A DNA stretch of 64,000 nucleotides from Longimicrobiales bacterium. GTDB taxonomy: Bacteria; Gemmatimonadota; Gemmatimonadetes; Longimicrobiales; Gaopeijiaceae. Of this stretch, positions 58,312-64,000 are shown piece after piece (position 1 is the first letter of the stretch; the number at the start of each line of letters is the position of its first letter). The position numbers were made by a program, and so were the translations under genes. The notes beneath the pieces were generated by a model, which did no database searches, had not been told where the DNA came from, and saw only the letters and a program-made list of their open reading frames with translations. Where the stretch lies: the NCBI GenBank assembly GCA_965202985.1, contig CBDBCF010000002.1:1-64000 (forward strand), in the 5' to 3' direction.

Positions 58312-59541
58312 ATGATCATGTCTCTCCGCCGACTGTCGTTCCGGACGGCCGGGGAATCCCACGGACGCGGCTTGGTTGCGGTTCTGGAAGGGGTGCCCGC
58401 CGGACTCTCGCTGGACGCGGCCCGGGACATCGACCCGGAGCTGGCGCGCCGGCAGGGCGGGCACGGCCGGGGCCGTCGCATGCAGATCGAGTCGGACAAG
58501 GCCAAAGTGGTCTCCGGCCTTCGCCTCGGAGAGACGCTGGGCTCGCCCCTGGCGATGCTCGTCTGGAACCGGGACTGGGAGAACTGGACCACGGCGATGG
58601 CCCACGACCCGCCCGACCCGGACCACAACCCCAAGGCGCTTCGCCCGGTATACCTTCCGCGCCCCGGACACGCCGACCTGGCCGGCGTCCTCAAGTACGA
58701 CCGGCGGGACGCTCGCGACATACTGGAACGAGCCTCCGCCCGCGAGACGGCGGCTCGCGTGGCCTGCGGCGCCGTGGCCCGAACGCTGCTCCGGGCGGTG
58801 GGCGCGTCGGTCGGCAGCCACGTCACCCGAATCGGCGCCGTGGAGGCCGCCGTCCCCCGCGCCCTCCCGACCGACCTGGCCGCCGCCGCGGACCCGTCCC
58901 CGGTCCGCACCCTGGACGCCGAGGCGGGGGCGGCCATGATCGCCGCCATCGACCAAGCCCGAGACGCCGGTGACACGCTCGGCGGCTGCTTCGAGGTCGT
59001 CGTCCGGGGGCTTCCCGTTGGCCTGGGCAGCCACGTTTCCTGGGACGCAAAGCTGGACGGGCGCTTGGCCCAGGCGGTGATGTCGGTCCACGCCGTCAAG
59101 GGGGTCGAGATCGGCCCCGCCTTCGCCAACGCCGGGCGCCCCGGTTCCAAAGTCCACGACGCCATCCTGCGCGACGACGACGAGCGCCGCGCCGGGGGTT
59201 TCGGGCGCGCGGGGAACCGCGCCGGCGGCCTGGAGGGCGGCATCACCACCGGCGGGCCCCTGGTCGTGCGGGGCGCGATGAAGCCGATCTCCACGTTGCG
59301 GAAGCGCCTGCCCAGCGTGGACCTCCGGGACGGTCGCGCCAAGGACGCCGCCGTCGAACGCAGCGACGTGTGCGCGGTGCCGGCCGCTGCCGTCGTGGCC
59401 GAGTCCATGGTGGCGCTCGTGGTCGCCGACGCCCTGCTGGAAAAGTTCGGCGGCGACTCGATGGGCGAGCTGCGACGGAACCTGGACGGCTACTTGCGGC
59501 GTTTGGCGGAACGGGGCTTCGGCGAGCGGTCGTGCCCGTAG
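58312..59541 (+). CDS. aroC: Chorismate synthase
   Basis: TAGESHG, RPGHADL, ERASARET, GGLEGGIT, MKPIST, ERSDVC. Confidence 0.96.
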   Translation: MIMSLRRLSFRTAGESHGRGLVAVLEGVPAGLSLDAARDIDPELARRQGGHGRGRRMQIESDKAKVVSGLRLGETLGSPLAMLVWNRDWENWTTAMAHDPPDPDHNPKALRPVYLPRPGHADLAGVLKYDRRDARDILERASARETAARVACGAVARTLLRAVGASVGSHVTRIGAVEAAVPRALPTDLAAAADPSPVRTLDAEAGAAMIAAIDQARDAGDTLGGCFEVVVRGLPVGLGSHVSWDAKLDGRLAQAVMSVHAVKGVEIGPAFANAGRPGSKVHDAILRDDDERRAGGFGRAGNRAGGLEGGITTGGPLVVRGAMKPISTLRKRLPSVDLRDGRAKDAAVERSDVCAVPAAAVVAESMVALVVADALLEKFGGDSMGELRRNLDGYLRRLAERGFGERSCP

Positions 59542-60140
59542 TCCGCGTCGTGCTCGTCGGCTTCATGGGCGCCGGCAAGTCCACGGCGGGCCGCATCGTC
59601 GCCCGGGCCTTGGGCTGGGAGTTCGTGGACCTGGACGACGAGATCGAGAGGCTGCACGAACGCTCTCCGGCGTCGATCCTTCGCGAGCGGGGAGAAGCCG
59701 CCTTCCGCCGCATCGAGTCCGACGTCGCGAGCGGCGTGCTGGCCCGCGAGCGGATCGTCTTGGCCACCGGCGGCGGATGGGGCGCCCAGCCGGGCCACCT
59801 TGCCGGTCTGGACGCCTCCACCCGCTCGGTCTGGCTGCGGGTCCAACCCGCAACGGCCGTCGCCCGAGTCGCCCCGGCGGCCCGAGACGACGCCTCCCCG
59901 GGCCAAGTCGCCGCCGACTCCGCCGCCCGCCCGCCGCCCGCCCGCCGTCCGTCACCCCCCCCCGCCCGCCCTCTGCTGGACGACGCTCCCGACCCGCCCG
60001 CCGTCGCCGAAGAGTTGTTGCGGTCGCGCACCGCCTTCTACGAGCGCGCCCACGCCGCCGTGGACACCGACGACAAGACCCCCGAACAGGTGGCGCAGTC
60101 CGTTCTGGTGCGGTTGCGCAACCTCGGCGTGCCATATTAG
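59532..60140 (+). CDS. aroK: Shikimate kinase
   Basis: VGFMGAGKST, DLDDEIE, GEAAFR..E, ATGGG, RPLL. Confidence 0.92.
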   Translation: MPVVRVVLVGFMGAGKSTAGRIVARALGWEFVDLDDEIERLHERSPASILRERGEAAFRRIESDVASGVLARERIVLATGGGWGAQPGHLAGLDASTRSVWLRVQPATAVARVAPAARDDASPGQVAADSAARPPPARRPSPPPARPLLDDAPDPPAVAEELLRSRTAFYERAHAAVDTDDKTPEQVAQSVLVRLRNLGVPY

Positions 60141-60261
60141 GACGCGCGGACGTGGCGCGAACGCAGGTTCGGCGTCGGAAACGGCGTGCGCGGCGGGTCG
60201 TGCGCCCGGCTCGCAAAGCGTCCGCAACCGCAGCAGCCAACAGGAACCAGGGCGGAACGGC

Positions 60262-63018
60262 ATGAAGAAGCTCGTGATCGTGGAGTCGCCGGCGAAGGCG
60301 AAGACCATCGAGAAGTTCTTGGGCCCGGAGTACCGGGTCGAAGCGTCGTACGGACACGTTCGCGACCTTCCGAAGAACGCCAAGGAGATGCCCGAGGCCC
60401 GCAGAAAAGAGCCCTGGGCCGACTTCGGCGTCGACGTGGACAACGGCTTCAAGCCGCACTACGTGGTCCCGCCGGACAGCAAGCGGCGGATCGAGCAGCT
60501 CAAGAAGCTGGTGCCCCGCGCCTCGGAGCTCCTGCTGGCCACCGACGAAGACCGCGAGGGCGAGTCGATCAGCTGGCACGTCATGGAACTGGTGACCTCG
60601 GGCCGGAAGTCGTCGATCCCCGTTCGGCGCATCGTGTTTCACGAGATCACCAAGCCCGCCGTCGAGGCCGCCCTGGCCGCTCCCCGCGACCTCGACATGC
60701 GCCTGGTCGAGGCCCAAGAGGCGCGTCGCATCTTGGATCGCCTGTACGGCTACAGCCTTTCCCCGGTCCTTTGGAAGAAGGTTCGGCGGGGCCTCAGCGC
60801 GGGCCGCGTGCAGAGCGTGGCGCTCCGACTGGTCGTGGACCGCGAACGGGAGCGCTGGCGGTTCAAGGTCGCCGAATACTGGCGGGTCAAGGCCCGCTTG
60901 GCAGCTCTGGCGGAGGCCGCCCCGGGCGAAGACGAAGACCGCGAGTTCGCGGCGGACCTGGTCAAGGTCGGCGACAAGCGCGTGGCCGGCAGCAGCGACT
61001 TCGACGCCGCGACCGGCAAGGCCAAGGCCGGTTCCCGAGCCCTGGTGCTGGACGAGAAGACCGCTCGCTCCGTGGTCGCCGATTGCCTGTCCGCCGACGC
61101 CATCCCCTGGCGCGTCGCATCGGTCGCGACCAAGCCCGCCCGCAAGACGCCCCCGCCACCGTTCACCACGTCCACGCTGCAGCAGGCAGCCAGCAACCGG
61201 CTCCGCATGTCCCCCAAGCGCACGATGCGCATCGCCCAGCAGCTGTACGAGGGCGTCGCGCTGGGAGGCGGCGATCGCGAGGGGTTGGTTACCTATATGC
61301 GCACGGACTCGGTTACGCTGTCGCGGAAGGCCTTGGGCGACGCGAAGCGCCACGTCGTCCGCGCTTACGGCGCCGAATACCACAAGACGCGCCAGTACAA
61401 GACCAAGTCCAAGGCGGCCCAGGAGGCGCACGAGGCCATCCGACCCACCGAGGTCGGACGGACCCCCGACCAAGTCGCCCGCTTCTTGAACAAGGACCAG
61501 CTGGCCCTGTACCGACTGGTCTGGAGCCGCACGGTGGCCTCCCAGATGGCGGACGCCCGCGTGGAGCGCACTACCGCCAGCTTGTCCGCGACCGTCCAGG
61601 GCGTGGAGCACGTCTTCCAGGCGCGCGGCACCGTGGTGCGCTTCGACGGCTTCCTAAAGGTATGGGCCGAACGGGGACGCAAGGACGACCCCCGCCTGCC
61701 CTCCATGGCCGAGGGCGCGGAGATCTGGCCGGAGCAACGAACCGCCGAGTCCGCCGGGTCCGAGTCCGACGCGTCCGCCCCGGTCCTGCGCTCCCTGGAG
61801 CCGCAGCAGCGAGAGACCAAGCCTCCGTCCCGCTACACCGAGGCGTCCCTGGTCAAGAAGCTGGAAGAGGAAGGCATCGGCCGGCCTTCCACCTACGAAC
61901 CCACGCTGTCCAAGATCCAGGACCGCGACTACGTCCAGAGGCGGAGCGGCAGCTTGGTGCCCACTTGGCTGGGCGTGGGCGTCAACCAGTTCCTGTGCAC
62001 CTACTTCCCCCAGTACGTGGACCTGAAGTTCACCGCGCGCATGGAAGACGCGCTGGACGACATCGCCGTCGGCAGGGTCCAGTCCCGGGACTTCCTTCAC
62101 GAACGGTACCACGGGGCGGGCAGCCGCAAGGGGCTGCGCCGAGACGTGGCCGAGGCCGATCCGGACTTCGTTCGCATCGAGTATCCCTACGACGTCGGGG
62201 AGGTCGGCGACCCGCAGTCCGACGGGTCCGAGGAGTCCCAGGGCGCGCAGGTCCGGATCGGGATCGGACGGCACGGCACGTTCGCAGAGCGGGGAGAGGG
62301 GGAACGCCGAGAGTTTGCCACGATCCCCGATCCGCTCGTGGACGAGCTGACGCCCGAGCGCTTGGCCGATCTGTTCGCCGCTCGGGCGAAGGGAGACGAT
62401 CCCTTGGGCCACGATCCGGAGACCGGGCTTCCGGTGTTCGTCAAGGTGGGTCGGTACGGTCCCTACGCGCAGCTGGGGCGTGGGAAGATACAGGCCAAGC
62501 CGAAGGTGAAGGGGCTGCCGAAGGACACGGACATCGCCAAGGTGACCTTGGAAGAGGCGCTGCGATTCCTGTCGCTGCCCCGAGAGCTGGGCAAGGATCC
62601 GGATACGGGCGAAGAAGTGACCGCGGGCCTGGGCTACGCCCCCTTCGTGAAGAAGGGAAAGGAGTACCGGAACCTGGACTCGGTGGACCACGTGTTCACC
62701 ATCACGCTGGAAGAGGCGCTGGCCCTCCACGCGCGCCCCAAGACCGGCGGATCGGGCAAGAAGCCGATCAAGGCGTTGGGGGCTCATCCCGAGTCCGGCG
62801 CCGAGCTCGAAGTGCTGCCGGGCCGCTACGGCCCCTACGTCACCGACGGCAAGGTCAACGCCAACGTTCCCAGGGGTCGGGAGCCCGCGGAGATCACCTT
62901 GGACGAAGCCGTCGAGCTGCTGGCGGCCAAGGTCGAAAGAGATGCCGCCAAGAAGGCCGGCGGCACCCGAGGGGCTCGGCGTCCCGCAAGGCGGAGGCCG
63001 CCTTCCCGACGCCGGTGA
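60262..63018 (+). CDS. topA: DNA topoisomerase I
   Basis: IVESPAKAKTI, ATDEDREGE, SAGRVQS, TYMRTDS, AHEAIRPT, GIGRPST, Toprim-C repeats GRYGPY. Confidence 0.97.
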   Translation: MKKLVIVESPAKAKTIEKFLGPEYRVEASYGHVRDLPKNAKEMPEARRKEPWADFGVDVDNGFKPHYVVPPDSKRRIEQLKKLVPRASELLLATDEDREGESISWHVMELVTSGRKSSIPVRRIVFHEITKPAVEAALAAPRDLDMRLVEAQEARRILDRLYGYSLSPVLWKKVRRGLSAGRVQSVALRLVVDRERERWRFKVAEYWRVKARLAALAEAAPGEDEDREFAADLVKVGDKRVAGSSDFDAATGKAKAGSRALVLDEKTARSVVADCLSADAIPWRVASVATKPARKTPPPPFTTSTLQQAASNRLRMSPKRTMRIAQQLYEGVALGGGDREGLVTYMRTDSVTLSRKALGDAKRHVVRAYGAEYHKTRQYKTKSKAAQEAHEAIRPTEVGRTPDQVARFLNKDQLALYRLVWSRTVASQMADARVERTTASLSATVQGVEHVFQARGTVVRFDGFLKVWAERGRKDDPRLPSMAEGAEIWPEQRTAESAGSESDASAPVLRSLEPQQRETKPPSRYTEASLVKKLEEEGIGRPSTYEPTLSKIQDRDYVQRRSGSLVPTWLGVGVNQFLCTYFPQYVDLKFTARMEDALDDIAVGRVQSRDFLHERYHGAGSRKGLRRDVAEADPDFVRIEYPYDVGEVGDPQSDGSEESQGAQVRIGIGRHGTFAERGEGERREFATIPDPLVDELTPERLADLFAARAKGDDPLGHDPETGLPVFVKVGRYGPYAQLGRGKIQAKPKVKGLPKDTDIAKVTLEEALRFLSLPRELGKDPDTGEEVTAGLGYAPFVKKGKEYRNLDSVDHVFTITLEEALALHARPKTGGSGKKPIKALGAHPESGAELEVLPGRYGPYVTDGKVNANVPRGREPAEITLDEAVELLAAKVERDAAKKAGGTRGARRPARRRPPSRRR

Positions 63019-64000
63019 GCGAAGTCACCGTGGTGGGCGGCGGGCTGGCCGGCTGCGAGGCCGCGCTGGCCCTGGCGCGCAGGGGCAGGCACGTGACGCT
63101 CGCGGAGATGCGGCCGGCTCGGAGCACGGCGGCCCACGCCACGTCGGAGCTGGGCGAGCTGGTCTGCACCAACTCGTTCAAGAGCGAAGACCCCGCCAAC
63201 GCCCATGGCCAGCTCAAGCGCGAGATGCGCGTCATGAACTCGGTCCTCTTGGAGGCGGCCGACGCCAGCCGCGTCCCCGCCGGGTCGGCCCTGGCCGTGG
63301 ACCGTCGGCTCTTCGCCCAGGCTCTGACCCGGCGCATCGAGGCCCACCCTCGGATCGCGGTGGTGCGCCAGGAGATGCGGTCGCTCCCTACCGGGCCGAC
63401 GATCGTGGCCACGGGTCCCCTGACTTCGGCCGCTCTGGCCGCCTCCGTCGCGGCCGAGCTCGGAGACGACGGCCTGGCGTTCTACGACGCCATCGCTCCG
63501 ATCGTCCACGTGGACTCCATCGACCGAGGCGTCGTCTTCGCCGCCGGCCGCTTCGGCGAGGATTCCGACTACCTGAACTGTCCCATGACGCAGGCCGAGT
63601 ACGACGCCTTCGTGGACGCCCTGACGGCGGCGGACGTCTATCCGGCCCCGCCGTGGGACAGCGTGCCGTACTTTGAAGGCTGCCTTCCCGTGGAGGTCAT
63701 GGCCGGGCGCGGACGCGAGACCCTGCGCTTCGGCCCCATGAAGCCGATCGGCTTGTCGGACCCCCGCACCGGCGCGCGCCCTCACGCCGTGGTCCAGCTT
63801 CGCCGCGAGGACAGGGCGGGGCAGATGTGGAACTTGGTGGGGTTCCAGACGCGCCTGCGGACCGGCGAGCAGAGGCGCGTCTTCTCCACGATCCCCGGGC
63901 TGGCCGCCGCCGACTTCCTGCGCTGGGGCTCGGTGCACCGCAACACCTACCTCAACTTCCCGGCCCGATTGGCTCCGTACGGCGCGCCTTCGGGCCGCCC
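63015..64000 (+). CDS. trmFO: tRNA (uracil-54) methyltransferase TrmFO, runs off the window and is absent from the ORF track
   Basis: Manual translation: MSEVTVVGGGLAGCEAA...EMRP...ELVCTNSFKS, FYDAIAP, YFEGCLPVE, LRFGPMKPIG, NLVGFQTRL, HRNTY. Confidence 0.95.
   Translation, partial: MSEVTVVGGGLAGCEAALALARRGRHVTLAEMRPARSTAAHATSELGELVCTNSFKSEDPANAHGQLKREMRVMNSVLLEAADASRVPAGSALAVDRRLFAQALTRRIEAHPRIAVVRQEMRSLPTGPTIVATGPLTSAALAASVAAELGDDGLAFYDAIAPIVHVDSIDRGVVFAAGRFGEDSDYLNCPMTQAEYDAFVDALTAADVYPAPPWDSVPYFEGCLPVEVMAGRGRETLRFGPMKPIGLSDPRTGARPHAVVQLRREDRAGQMWNLVGFQTRLRTGEQRRVFSTIPGLAAADFLRWGSVHRNTYLNFPARLAPYGAPSGR

Noticed and set aside
53925..60140. pilMNOPQ-aroC-aroK linkage as a novelty
   Set aside because: pilQ followed by shikimate-pathway genes is a widely known arrangement.

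Overview
High-GC bacterial chromosome segment. Gene content suggests Gemmatimonadota/FCB group, possibly host-associated (inference only). The window opens inside a giant (>4200 aa) repeat adhesin/autotransporter with ~23 Ig-like repeats and 5 cadherin-like repeats. Housekeeping and envelope genes follow: metK, DUF151, recO, selB, dusB, tmRNA, lspA, a CBS protein, mlaEFD, a peptidase-propeller-Omp85 protein, a heptose kinase, ridA and SusC/SusD. Next is a tandem array of three near-identical ATPase + PD-(D/E)XK nuclease genes (39388-44314) that differ mainly in one 56-58 aa segment inside the ATPase domain. After that come dinB, sodA, marC, a LysM protein, a GT2 gene ending in a G21 tract, a TMTC-like GT-C glycosyltransferase overlapping a type IV major pilin, minor pilins, pilMNOPQ, aroC, aroK, topA and a truncated trmFO. 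The best candidates for undescribed systems are the variable-cassette ATPase-nuclease array and the GT2-TMTC-pilin glycosylation locus. All calls come from reading motifs by eye; no database searches were run.
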